Source: Staphylococcus phage vB_SauM-UFV_DC4. Taken from it: a stretch of 64,000 nucleotides of DNA. The stretch is taken from sequence record MZ779063.1; one strand, written 5' to 3'. The position numbers and the translations under genes were made by a program. The notes below the pieces were generated by a model. It was not told the origin of the DNA, made no database searches, and saw nothing but the letters and a program-made list of their open reading frames with translations. This document shows, one piece after another, positions 1 through 9,725 of the stretch (positions are counted from its first letter, which is position 1; every line of letters starts with the position of its first letter).

Positions 1-167
1 ATAATATTTATATTAATATTAATTATTAAATTTATAATTACTTACTAATATAAGTAATATATTAATACAAAATTTTAAAAATTTATAAATAAAAATTTTA
101 TAAAATCTGAATAACCAATTTATATTAATTAAAAAATCAATGACGTTTAAAAATATAATAAATTTGA

Positions 168-1394
168 TTGAGGTGTATTAAGATAATGGGTTTAAATAAA
201 AAACAAGAAGAAGGATTAAGATTAGCTAAAGAATGGTATAATAATGATAGTCATAGGCCTTTTGTATTATCAGGTATTGCTGGAAGTGGGAAGTCATTTA
301 CAATGACTAAAATAATTGATTCTTTAGGCTTACATGAAGCTAATGTTTCTTTTATAGCATATACAGGAATGGCTGCAGGCGTGTTAGTCAAAAGAGGTTT
401 GAATGCTACTACAATCCATAGAACTATTTATAATCATTTTATGGATGAAAAAACTGGTAAAGTGAATTTTAAATTAAAAGATGAATTACCGAGAGATATT
501 AAATTAATAATTATAGACGAAGTTTCAATGGTTCCTATGAAGATGATAGAAGAAATTCAAAGTTTTGGAATACCTATACTATGTTTAGGAGATCCAGCAC
601 AGCTTAAAAGTTTATCAGGAAGAAATGAATTATTAGATAAACCTGATATATTCTTAGATGAACCAGTAAGACAATCATTAGATAATCCTATACTTGTTGC
701 AGCTAATTTAGTTCGTAATGGTAAAGATTTAGAATATGGTTCATATGGAGATAATGTACATGTAATTACTTCAGATGAATTGACTTTAGATATGTATCAG
801 AATGCAGATCAAGTTCTAATGAGCTATAATAGAACAGTGGATCAATTTAATAGATTTTATAGAAGTCAAATATTAAATATTGATGTTGAAAATAATCCAT
901 TTCCTAAAGAAGATGAAAAAATTATTTGTCTAAAGAATAATTGGTCTAAAGTAGTTAATGAAGGTAATATAACTCAGTACTTAACTAATGGTTTGATTGG
1001 TAATATAACTAGATCTGGTAAAAAGAAACCTATGACTAAATCAACTCAGTTGGATTTTAAACCTAAAGGTTTTGAATTAGAAAGGTTTAGTAGAATATAT
1101 TACGATGATTTAATTTTTGAAGGTACTATTGGAGATCAACAAGAACTATTTGATTTAAGATTCAAAGATAATGAAATTAATAAAATATTTAAGAAACGAT
1201 ATGTAACTGAAATGTCTGATTTTGGTATGAAAGTAAATCCATTTAATTTTGCATACGGAATTACTATTCATAAATCTCAAGGTTCTGAATTTGATAATGT
1301 AATAGTATTTAGTGAAAATATGAGTAAAGATAGATTCAAGTCATTATATACAGCTATTACTCGTGCTAAAAAGAATTTAATTGTAGTTCAATAA
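168..1394 (+). CDS. SF1 DNA helicase, Dda/RecD-like
   Basis: Walker A GIAGSGKSFT; Walker B-like LIIIDEVSM; C-terminal motif ITIHKSQGSEFDNVIVF typical of the RecD/Dda helicase family. Confidence 0.7.
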   Translation: MRCIKIMGLNKKQEEGLRLAKEWYNNDSHRPFVLSGIAGSGKSFTMTKIIDSLGLHEANVSFIAYTGMAAGVLVKRGLNATTIHRTIYNHFMDEKTGKVNFKLKDELPRDIKLIIIDEVSMVPMKMIEEIQSFGIPILCLGDPAQLKSLSGRNELLDKPDIFLDEPVRQSLDNPILVAANLVRNGKDLEYGSYGDNVHVITSDELTLDMYQNADQVLMSYNRTVDQFNRFYRSQILNIDVENNPFPKEDEKIICLKNNWSKVVNEGNITQYLTNGLIGNITRSGKKKPMTKSTQLDFKPKGFELERFSRIYYDDLIFEGTIGDQQELFDLRFKDNEINKIFKKRYVTEMSDFGMKVNPFNFAYGITIHKSQGSEFDNVIVFSENMSKDRFKSLYTAITRAKKNLIVVQ

Positions 1395-1414
1395 TATGTA
1401 TAAGGATGATATAA

Positions 1415-1666
1415 GTGGATAATAATAATGTAAGTAGTAAAATCAATAAAAATCAATTACAAACAGCAATGAATAATATGACTAAAAATATAAATGGTAT
1501 AAGTAGAAAGATAACAGGACAAGATAAAATTGATGAAATTAATAAACTTAAAAGAGAAAATGAAGAATTACATCGTTTTCTCTTTAAGATCTATCAAGAT
1601 GATGATTTTGATAGAAGAGAATTGAAGAAAATTATATTTAAAGATGTAAATAAAAAATTTAAATAA
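1415..1666 (+). CDS. small coiled-coil protein, C-tail family mini-ORF (ends ...DVNKKFK)
   Basis: 83 aa, K/E-rich helical; ends with a basic xxFK tail resembling the large paralog arrays. Confidence 0.45.
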   Translation: MDNNNVSSKINKNQLQTAMNNMTKNINGISRKITGQDKIDEINKLKRENEELHRFLFKIYQDDDFDRRELKKIIFKDVNKKFK

Positions 1667-1668
1667 GG

Positions 1669-1875
1669 GTGATTAATTTGAATTCAGATATCCGAATAGA
1701 TAGAAGTGGCCTTTATATACAATCTAATGAGAAGCAGATGAAAGGACAAATTAAAATTATAGAAGAAAACAAAAAATTAAAAGATTTTATTATTGGTATT
1801 AAAAATAATGGTGGTTATGATGAAAAGGAATTAAATAAAATAGTAAATGAAATTGTTAAGGAGAATTTAAAATAA
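1669..1875 (+). CDS. small coiled-coil protein, C-tail family mini-ORF (ends ...IVKENLK)
   Basis: GTG start; 68 aa; tail NEIVKENLK. Confidence 0.45.
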   Translation: MINLNSDIRIDRSGLYIQSNEKQMKGQIKIIEENKKLKDFIIGIKNNGGYDEKELNKIVNEIVKENLK

Positions 1876-2330
1876 TGTCAAATGAAAAAGTTATTGCTAA
1901 AGAATTAACTTTAGATCAAAAAATTAAAATGTTAGAACCAAAGATAGATGAAGAGACTTATTTAAGACCATTAAGTCAAGTAGATGAATCTTTTTATAAT
2001 GAGGTTATTAAAGATGAATTAATTGAGAAAATTAATAATGAAGACCATAAATTTGAAAATAATTTCGATTATCATATATTTAAAAATGGACCAATACAAT
2101 TACTAGGTTTCATTTATAAATTTGAATTTAATGAAAATGCAGTAAATGTTAAAAAAGAAAAACCTAATGAAGGTAATATCTATTTTGGAAGCTTTATATT
2201 AAATAATAAAAATAAAAAAGATGATTCAATATATTTACTTAGAGTTGATAGCAGCTTAGTTGATTTCAGTATATTAGAAAATAAAAAATATAAAGAATTT
2301 GGACGTAATTTATTTAAATTAATTAAATAG
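1875..2330 (+). CDS. hypothetical protein
   Basis: 151-aa ORF overlapping the previous stop (ATGA-type coupling); no recognisable motif. Confidence 0.45.
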   Translation: MSNEKVIAKELTLDQKIKMLEPKIDEETYLRPLSQVDESFYNEVIKDELIEKINNEDHKFENNFDYHIFKNGPIQLLGFIYKFEFNENAVNVKKEKPNEGNIYFGSFILNNKNKKDDSIYLLRVDSSLVDFSILENKKYKEFGRNLFKLIK

Positions 2331-2341
2331 GAGTGATATAA

Positions 2342-2620
2342 ATGGATAAAGAAATCGAAGATTTAGCAGGAGGAATAAACAATCTAGAAATTGACCTTAA
2401 AGATATGAATCATAGATTATCTAATGATAGATCAATTATTATTTTTGAGATTGAAAAATTAAATAAAGCTGTAAATGATCTTTATGTATATAATGAAAAT
2501 CTTAAAAAGGAAAATAAACTTCTTAAAGAAGCAATAGTGTCTATTTCTAAGCATACAGAATTTAAGAATGATTATATAAATAAACTGTCTAATGAAATTG
2601 TTAAAGAAAATTTTAAATAA
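2342..2620 (+). CDS. small coiled-coil protein, C-tail family mini-ORF (ends ...NEIVKENFK)
   Basis: 92 aa; tail NEIVKENFK; GGAG RBS upstream. Confidence 0.5.
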   Translation: MDKEIEDLAGGINNLEIDLKDMNHRLSNDRSIIIFEIEKLNKAVNDLYVYNENLKKENKLLKEAIVSISKHTEFKNDYINKLSNEIVKENFK

Positions 2621-2640
2621 TAAAGAGATGTGATTTTATT

Positions 2641-2916
2641 TTGAATAATGAAAAAAGTTTAATTAAGCGTATGGAAGAGTTAGAAGAACGTACTAGAATG
2701 AATGAAATTAAATTAAATACTATGAAAGATAATTATCATTATATAAATGACATTATAGGCACATTAATTAATAGAATAGAAAATTCTAATCAAACTAATG
2801 AAAAGAAATTAGATGAAATAAGATTAGAGTTAGTCCGTCTTTCTAACGAATTAAATTCACATTCTGAATTAACTAAAAAGTATCTAAAGAATTTTATCAG
2901 AGATAATCTTAAATAA
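2641..2916 (+). CDS. small coiled-coil protein (ends ...NFIRDNLK)
   Basis: 91 aa helical; tail KKYLKNFIRDNLK. Confidence 0.45.
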   Translation: MNNEKSLIKRMEELEERTRMNEIKLNTMKDNYHYINDIIGTLINRIENSNQTNEKKLDEIRLELVRLSNELNSHSELTKKYLKNFIRDNLK

Positions 2917-2920
2917 AGGA

Positions 2921-3202
2921 ATGAAGTGCATGAAGACTATTAAAAGAATAATTGGTTCAGAAGAATTTATCAATACGGTAAAGAAAACTATAGCTAGAAC
3001 TAAGAAAGCAGAAGAGAAATTTTATGATTTAAATAATAGAGTTGATAAAGCTTTATCTTTAGCTAGTAAAGTTGTTGAAGATAATAAAGAAAAAGAAAGA
3101 CAAATTAAAGAGCTAAAAGAAGCTTTATCTAAAGAAAAAATTAATAACAGAAGCATAAAATCCCGATATAATAGATTATTGTATAAAAATGGAGGGAAAT
3201 AA
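2921..3202 (+). CDS. small coiled-coil basic protein
   Basis: 93-aa K/E-rich ORF. Confidence 0.4.
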   Translation: MKCMKTIKRIIGSEEFINTVKKTIARTKKAEEKFYDLNNRVDKALSLASKVVEDNKEKERQIKELKEALSKEKINNRSIKSRYNRLLYKNGGK

Positions 3203-3207
3203 TAATT

Positions 3208-3435
3208 ATGAACTCAAATATTAATTTTAATGATAATGGATCATCTATGGATGAACTATATTCAAGAATGCAACTTAGAGCCGCTAAACAAGTAGAAAAA
3301 GATATATTGGGAGATAATGAAAAAGATTCCCTAGAAAAAGAAGTAAAAGAACTTAGAGAACTTGTTCTTGAAGTAGCTAAAAAGTATGATGTTAAAGAAA
3401 TAAAAGAATATCTAGTTAGAAAAAATATGAAATAG
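3208..3435 (+). CDS. small coiled-coil protein (ends KEIKEYLVRKNMK)
   Basis: 75 aa; tail KEIKEYLVRKNMK matches the array consensus. Confidence 0.5.
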   Translation: MNSNINFNDNGSSMDELYSRMQLRAAKQVEKDILGDNEKDSLEKEVKELRELVLEVAKKYDVKEIKEYLVRKNMK

Positions 3436-3460
3436 TGTTTAAGAAAAGAGTTGAATAAAA

Positions 3461-3652
3461 TTGGTTGAAAATGATTTAGATATCTTTAAAGCAATTGAAA
3501 AAGCAACTAATAATATCTTAGATAAAAATGAAAAACTAAAAAGTGAGAATTTAGAACTTAAAGAATTGATATTAGATATTTCTAAAGAATATAATATAAA
3601 AGATAAAAGAATAACTGAAATAAAAGTTGATCTAGCAAAAAATAAGAGGTAA
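3461..3652 (+). CDS. small coiled-coil protein
   Basis: TTG start; 63 aa; last gene before the convergent terminator. Confidence 0.35.
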   Translation: MVENDLDIFKAIEKATNNILDKNEKLKSENLELKELILDISKEYNIKDKRITEIKVDLAKNKR

Positions 3653-3675
3653 TGACAAATTAATGTCATTACCTC
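3646..3675. terminator. bidirectional hairpin terminator between convergent genes
   Basis: perfect inverted repeat GAGGTAATGACA...TGTCATTACCTC. Confidence 0.55.
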
Positions 3676-3688
3676 AATTATACTGCTT

Positions 3689-5917
3689 TTAGTCATCATA
3701 TTTATCTTTATATTCATAATAACTATCAAATTGAACTTCTAAACCTGAGAAAGCTGAAATGAATCCCATTCTACCTTCCATATTGATGTTTTCAATATCT
3801 TTAAAATCAACATCTGGTTTACGATAATTGAAATTCTTATTTTTATCTATAAATATTCTAATTCTATTTTCATTTTTAATAATCTTAATATACTTGTTAT
3901 TAATGTCTAATGGAACATGATTAGTTAAAAATAATTGTTTTTCTGATTCATCTTGGAATATTTCTTTAGGTTTTCCAAATACTTTATCAATTTCATAGAA
4001 ACCAGTTTTCATTATACGGTCAGGATCTTTCATAACATCTTCATCATTCAAATCAAAGTAAGGAACATCCCAATTTTCTTGTTGAGAAGCTATCCAAAGC
4101 ATATAACCTGAATTTAGTTGAGTATTATAATCAAATATAATTCCTGCTCCACCAGTTTTATTTTTATTAATTACTTTAAATGTCATAATATAATTTTTAG
4201 GGAATTTGAAATTTTGACTATACACATAGTTCAATGCGTCATCATCAAATTTAGTTGTTCCATCTATGAAACTAATATAACCATAATTACCTAATGATTG
4301 TTTAGATAAAGTTTTATTATAAAATCCGGTATAAGTTTGAGTTTCTACAGGAAATGTGCCATATGATCTTAATGCAACTATCATAGGATTAAAGTATATT
4401 CCTGATCTACTCTCATCATAGAAATAATCAGAATCATCTGGATTTTTAAGTGAATAATTATACTCCAATTCAACATTATACCAATCTTCTTTAGTTACGA
4501 TAAACGTATTATCGAATTCTTCATGACTAATTCCAGCTATTTCAAATTCATCTAAACTAACTTGAATTATTTCATTTGGATCAACGTCATCAACAAAATT
4601 TGTTAATTTGACTTCTATTTCCATTTTCTTAATATTTTTCATATTGTACATCATATGTTTAAGATATGATTTTTGACCTTGAGTATTATAATTTTTATTA
4701 TTTGAAGGGAATATATTTTCTACTTTTTTAACTTTACCTGTATTTGATGTTAATGTGATATCATAAACTAACTTAGCTGTAGGATGATTATTATCTTTAA
4801 AGTTAGTTGAATATCCCATATTAAAAGCAAAGAAATCATAATTTAATAAACGTTTAATATTCATTCTAGGATTTTCATTTTCATCATCTAAAGTTATTTT
4901 AACAAATGATGCAGAATTTTCATCTTCTTTATCAGATTTACTTAAAATATCTCCTTTAACTTCATATAAACCGGTTTCTTGATTAAAACTTACTGAAGAT
5001 AATCTTGTTGATTCAAGATTAGAATGACTTACATCTTCATCATTAGCTTTTCTTAAATCAAATATAGCTGTGGGTGCTTTAAATTGATAGTTCTCTGTAG
5101 CATTAATTACATTAAAACCTTTTCGGTCTGTTATTTTTAATTTAGATGTACCATTTTGTAAAGGTGCAAATAAATATTTCTCTCCTGGTTTAAAGTACAT
5201 TTTACCTTGAAATTTACGTGAAAAACTTTTTTTGTAAAATAGATGTGGTAAAGTTTTTAAACCATCATTATTAAGTGTAAATGGTTCTACTAAATCTTTA
5301 TTATTTGTATCAGGTCTATAGAATTTATGCTCATGAACTTCATGTCTTTCTCTTAGATATCTATCAGAAGTGATATTTTCTAATTTATCTTCAAAATCAG
5401 TTTCAGGTACAAACGGTATAATTCTAGGATCGTTATAACCCGGAGTAACTCTGCCTGATTTTTCTTCAGTACTTTTCATCATATGTTTAAAAATAGGTTT
5501 AGGATTATTCTCAGTGCCTAATATTTCATTTTCTTCATTAATAATCTTATTTAAATCATTAATGACAGTCTCTGGGAAAATTTTTACAGTATCTGTATTA
5601 AATTGATCTACTGTTTGCATATCATTAACAAAAAGTAAAAGATACCAAAGATCAGTAGTTCCATATAGCTCATTAGATAGATATTCAGGTCGATAGTGAT
5701 ATGATTTTGATAAGTCATAATCTATTAAATCTCTTTTAAGTACATTTTCATATTTTTTTAGTAATGGTAAACTAAAGACAGCTTGTTTTTCAAATAAATA
5801 CCATTCTGATATATTATTAAGTAATATTTTATTCGTCTTGGAGTATTCTATTTCATCAGACATTTCAGGTACATCATTTCTACCCATATTGTTATTTCCT
5901 ACGTCACGAATAAGCAA
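3689..5917 (-). CDS. large hypothetical protein (742 aa), possibly virion-associated
   Basis: long uninterrupted ORF; no catalytic motif recognised. Confidence 0.55.
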   Translation of the reverse strand: MLIRDVGNNNMGRNDVPEMSDEIEYSKTNKILLNNISEWYLFEKQAVFSLPLLKKYENVLKRDLIDYDLSKSYHYRPEYLSNELYGTTDLWYLLLFVNDMQTVDQFNTDTVKIFPETVINDLNKIINEENEILGTENNPKPIFKHMMKSTEEKSGRVTPGYNDPRIIPFVPETDFEDKLENITSDRYLRERHEVHEHKFYRPDTNNKDLVEPFTLNNDGLKTLPHLFYKKSFSRKFQGKMYFKPGEKYLFAPLQNGTSKLKITDRKGFNVINATENYQFKAPTAIFDLRKANDEDVSHSNLESTRLSSVSFNQETGLYEVKGDILSKSDKEDENSASFVKITLDDENENPRMNIKRLLNYDFFAFNMGYSTNFKDNNHPTAKLVYDITLTSNTGKVKKVENIFPSNNKNYNTQGQKSYLKHMMYNMKNIKKMEIEVKLTNFVDDVDPNEIIQVSLDEFEIAGISHEEFDNTFIVTKEDWYNVELEYNYSLKNPDDSDYFYDESRSGIYFNPMIVALRSYGTFPVETQTYTGFYNKTLSKQSLGNYGYISFIDGTTKFDDDALNYVYSQNFKFPKNYIMTFKVINKNKTGGAGIIFDYNTQLNSGYMLWIASQQENWDVPYFDLNDEDVMKDPDRIMKTGFYEIDKVFGKPKEIFQDESEKQLFLTNHVPLDINNKYIKIIKNENRIRIFIDKNKNFNYRKPDVDFKDIENINMEGRMGFISAFSGLEVQFDSYYEYKDKYDD

Positions 5918-6014
5918 AATTATTTCACTTCCATTCTTATTTTGTTATAATAAATGCATGTTAAAGTTCGAATGAGCATATTAATAAAAAACTAAAAATT
6001 TCAACTAATATTTT

Positions 6015-6030
6015 AAATATATATTATTTT
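6015..6030 (+). promoter_or_regulatory. phage promoter-like box AAATATATATTAT
   Basis: one copy of the recurring AAATATATATTATAAAAATG motif, about 65 nt upstream of the MoxR-like gene. Confidence 0.4.
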
Positions 6031-6095
6031 AATGAGATTGAGATGGAATTAATCTTAATACTCAAAAATAAAAATTTTTAATTACAAGGAGAGAT

Positions 6096-7646
6096 TTGGA
6101 TATGGCAAAAGTAAAATACTCACAAACAAAATTATTGGTAAGAGGAGCATTTAGATCAGATGAAATTATCAACGTAGTTGGTGATGGCGGAATTGGTAAA
6201 ACACAAATGATGAGAGATATTGCAGAAGAAGATAATATGAACTTCATTACTATCGCTGCAAATAACCTTAAAGAAGGGGAATTATCTTTACCAATGTTAT
6301 CACAAAAAGATAATGAAGTTATCTATGCTCCAATGGATAAAATTAAGTTAGCTAATAGTCTTTTTGAGAGATATAAAGAGTATCAAAGAGAAGGCGGAAA
6401 ACAATATTCACGTAAAGACCTTTCTTTAAAATCTGTTGATGAATTAAAAGAAATTTATGTGAAATTGACTGGTAAAGATGTTGTTGATTATTATGAGGAT
6501 ACTCATGAAAACTATGTTAATAAAGTATTTAACAAAGCTAGAGTTAAAAATGTTAAATATAGTAAAAATGATTTAATGAAAAAATCATTTGATGAATTAA
6601 ATGAAATCTTTGTAGAATTAACTGGTAAAGAATTAAGAGATAAAATTGGTAAAGGTTTCTATATCAAAGAAATTTTAGAAGCAGTTCCAAGACCTTATAC
6701 TCTATTATTTATTGACGAAATTGGACGTACAGACCAACAAGTACAATCAGAGTTAATGAACTTCTTATTAGAACGTCAAGTAAATGGTTATCATTTACCA
6801 CCTAACGTTAAGATTGCATTAGCACAAAACCCATCTTCAGACATGCCAGGATTTGAAGACTCAGAATACGCAGCAACTTCTATGGATAACGCAGTAAGTT
6901 CTCGTATTACATTTGTACACATGGTTCCTGATATTGAAAGTTGGGTAGACTTTGCTACTAAATATAAAGATGGTTCAGAAAAGCAAAATATTCATCCATC
7001 TATTGTTGAGTTCGTAACTGAAAAAGAAAGTACTGAATATTTATTTAGACCTCATAAAGAAGCTGGTAAAGACTTCAATGATACTAACCCACGTTCTTGG
7101 GAAATGATTTCTAATATGTTATATGTATTAGAAGAAGATGATTTATTTAAATTCTCTAATAGTGAAGAAGAGAAACGTAAGAAGAAAGATACTTTACAAT
7201 TCTTCACTGAAGGTAAAATTAATAGTGATTTAGCAAACTTATTTGTTAAATTCTATATTGAAAAACAAGCTAAATTACCTCGTCCAAGTGATATTTTATT
7301 TGAATATGATAAAGGTAAAATGGTTCCTCGTAAAGAATTAGCTAAACAACACATTGAAGCTATTGAAAGTCAATCAACTATTAGACAATTAACATTGAAA
7401 ACTTCAATGATTAACTATCTTAAAAATAATCCTGATTTAGCTGAAGAACAAGTTATTCAAATTGCTGTAGAAGCTTTATTATTAGGTAAAGTTGAAACTA
7501 ATGCTACACCAATTAGATTAATTTCTAGACTTTCAGAATCTACTGAAGAGTCAGACCAAGAATTATATGAGAAATTCACTGATAATGAATTATACAGTGA
7601 TAAAGCATTTGCATTATACGAACAAATGGTAGGAAGCTTAGGATAA
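6096..7646 (+). CDS. MoxR-type AAA+ ATPase
   Basis: Walker A GDGGIGKT; Walker B / sensor stretch LLFIDEIGRTDQQVQSELMNFLLERQV parallels the MoxR DEINRAxxxxQSALLEAMQERQV; internal tandem roughly 27-aa duplication at aa 103-181. Confidence 0.7.
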   Translation: MDMAKVKYSQTKLLVRGAFRSDEIINVVGDGGIGKTQMMRDIAEEDNMNFITIAANNLKEGELSLPMLSQKDNEVIYAPMDKIKLANSLFERYKEYQREGGKQYSRKDLSLKSVDELKEIYVKLTGKDVVDYYEDTHENYVNKVFNKARVKNVKYSKNDLMKKSFDELNEIFVELTGKELRDKIGKGFYIKEILEAVPRPYTLLFIDEIGRTDQQVQSELMNFLLERQVNGYHLPPNVKIALAQNPSSDMPGFEDSEYAATSMDNAVSSRITFVHMVPDIESWVDFATKYKDGSEKQNIHPSIVEFVTEKESTEYLFRPHKEAGKDFNDTNPRSWEMISNMLYVLEEDDLFKFSNSEEEKRKKKDTLQFFTEGKINSDLANLFVKFYIEKQAKLPRPSDILFEYDKGKMVPRKELAKQHIEAIESQSTIRQLTLKTSMINYLKNNPDLAEEQVIQIAVEALLLGKVETNATPIRLISRLSESTEESDQELYEKFTDNELYSDKAFALYEQMVGSLG

Positions 7647-7657
7647 CAATTATAGAT

Positions 7658-7700
7658 AATGGAGATTATTAGTCTCCATTATCTTCATTTATTTTTTTAT
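7658..7700 (+). terminator. rho-independent terminator
   Basis: hairpin AATGGAGATTATTAGTCTCCATT followed by a T-run. Confidence 0.5.
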
Positions 7701-7710
7701 AATTAGGAGA

Positions 7711-9648
7711 GTGAATTTGATAATGAATGATAATAGAACAATTAAAGTAATTAGAAAAGAAATATTAGACGAAGTACAAGAATCGATTGTAAATGATAGA
7801 CAGTTAGATAAAAAGAAATTAACGAAGCTTGGAGAAGAATTAATTGAAAATAGTATTTTTGTGTTGTATACTTCTGATGTTGATATTTATGGAGTAATGT
7901 TAATGACTGTAGAAAAGATCATTGACATTGAAATTCCAGAACCAACTTTCTCAGTATTTGATGAAGAAAAAGGTTATAAGATTGGTATTAATCCAGTGTT
8001 ATTAGCCACTATGGTTGATAAAGATGAAGAAATAGTTTCTATGTTCCTACATGAAGTTATCCATGTAGCTCATGGACATTTAATTGAATTTAGAATGTTA
8101 AGAAATAAAGAAGATTCTCAATTAAAAATGTTAAGTCACTTAGGAATGGATTTATCAGTATTTGAAATTGAAGAAGACTTCCAATTAGGTAAACGTGAAG
8201 CTAATACAAGTAAAAAAGTTTTACCTGAAATTGCACCTAATGTAGATAAGATTGAAAAGTATATTCAAGATAAATTTAATAAAACAAATTTTAAATTAAA
8301 TCATAATGATGCTTCTCACTATTATATTAAACAATTAGTAGATATCTACAAAGAAAATAATGAAGAAGATATGTTTGATTCTATGGGTGAATCTATGCAA
8401 AATATGATTCAAGAATCTTCAGAAAAACAGAATGAACGTGATGAAGATTCATTGAATGAAGAAAATGAAATGTTGAAAGACATGTTAGAAGATTTAAAAG
8501 ACATTGAAGATAAAAATGATTTATCTAGTAAATTAGAAGATAATAAACTAGAAGAAAACAAAGTTGATGATTTTGAAAATAAAGCTCAAGATTATATGAA
8601 TAAATTAGATGAAATGAATCAAAATGATGAAGAGAATAGTAATGATACTCAAAATCAGAAAAATATAGAAGAGAAAATGAATGATTTACTAGATTCAATG
8701 AGAAATAATACTTCAGATAATAAATTTAATAGTAAAGATAATAATGATTTATCTGATAAAATACAAGAAATGAAATCAGATATATTAAATCAAATGATTC
8801 AGAATAATATGCAACAGGGTTCTCAAGGTATGCAAGGTGAAGATGGTGGAATGCAAGATGGACAAAATGTTTCTGATATGGGAAGTAACATGACTATGTC
8901 ATCTTCTTTAGATGGAAATTCTAAATATGCAGATAAATTTGATTCCAATCCTCTTGAAGGAGATGCTACAGAGGAAAGAATGAAAGACCAATTGTATGAT
9001 TTATTAGAAAGTGCTAGTAGTAATAGTCGTGGTGATACACCTAATCATATTAAAGAACAAATTGAAATTCTAAAACGTAAACCTAAGATTAAATGGCAAG
9101 ATTATCTTAAAGCTAAAGTAGGTAAAAAACGTTCTTCTAGTACGAAAACTATTTTAAGAAGAAATAGAAGACAACCTTATCGTAGTGATGTACGTGGGAC
9201 TTTACCTGGTAGAAAATTAGGTAAAGTATTTGCGGCTATTGACACTTCAGGTTCAATGGGTAGAAATGAAATTGAAGAAATTATTGCTGAATTGTATTAT
9301 ATTAGTAGTGATATGAAAATTGATTTAGTTTTATTATTCTTTTCAACTGGTGTTGAAGAAGTAGTTGAAGTAAACAGACCAAATCAATTTAATGATTATG
9401 TAATGGGTCGTGGCGGAACTTACTTCAGTTCTGTATTTGATTTCTTAAATGAAACTGATAACAAACGTAAATATTCAGTATCAAAAGATGATACTCTATT
9501 ATTCTTCTCAGATGGTTTTGGAGAACCTGAGGTGGAATACGGTGTATTAACTGATGTTGTTTGGGTTATTACTGAAGATGAAAATAATCTTTCAGTTAGA
9601 GATCCAAAAGGTAAAGTACTAAAATTAGAAATAGATAATAAAAGATAA
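7711..9648 (+). CDS. HExxH metallopeptidase-like / VWA (MIDAS) domain protein, partner of the MoxR ATPase
   Basis: HEVIH at aa 114-118; C-terminal DTSGSM MIDAS motif with VWA-like context; about 220-aa acidic N/D/E/Q-rich disordered linker between them. Confidence 0.65.
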   Translation: MNLIMNDNRTIKVIRKEILDEVQESIVNDRQLDKKKLTKLGEELIENSIFVLYTSDVDIYGVMLMTVEKIIDIEIPEPTFSVFDEEKGYKIGINPVLLATMVDKDEEIVSMFLHEVIHVAHGHLIEFRMLRNKEDSQLKMLSHLGMDLSVFEIEEDFQLGKREANTSKKVLPEIAPNVDKIEKYIQDKFNKTNFKLNHNDASHYYIKQLVDIYKENNEEDMFDSMGESMQNMIQESSEKQNERDEDSLNEENEMLKDMLEDLKDIEDKNDLSSKLEDNKLEENKVDDFENKAQDYMNKLDEMNQNDEENSNDTQNQKNIEEKMNDLLDSMRNNTSDNKFNSKDNNDLSDKIQEMKSDILNQMIQNNMQQGSQGMQGEDGGMQDGQNVSDMGSNMTMSSSLDGNSKYADKFDSNPLEGDATEERMKDQLYDLLESASSNSRGDTPNHIKEQIEILKRKPKIKWQDYLKAKVGKKRSSSTKTILRRNRRQPYRSDVRGTLPGRKLGKVFAAIDTSGSMGRNEIEEIIAELYYISSDMKIDLVLLFFSTGVEEVVEVNRPNQFNDYVMGRGGTYFSSVFDFLNETDNKRKYSVSKDDTLLFFSDGFGEPEVEYGVLTDVVWVITEDENNLSVRDPKGKVLKLEIDNKR

Positions 9649-9656
9649 TTCAAATT

Positions 9657-9688
9657 ACGTCAATGGATATTAATTTATCCATTGACGT
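9657..9688 (+). terminator. hairpin terminator
   Basis: inverted repeat ACGTCAATGGATA...TATCCATTGACGT then T-rich. Confidence 0.5.
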
Positions 9689-9725
9689 TTATATTTAAAA
9701 TTTTTTACTTAAAGGAGATTAAACA

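Noticed and set aside
3439-3729. Minus-strand 96-aa ORF overlapping the ends of two plus-strand genes
   Set aside because: Low-complexity I/L/S/F-rich translation that is typical of the antisense frame of AT-rich coding DNA. It has no RBS and it spans the bidirectional terminator.
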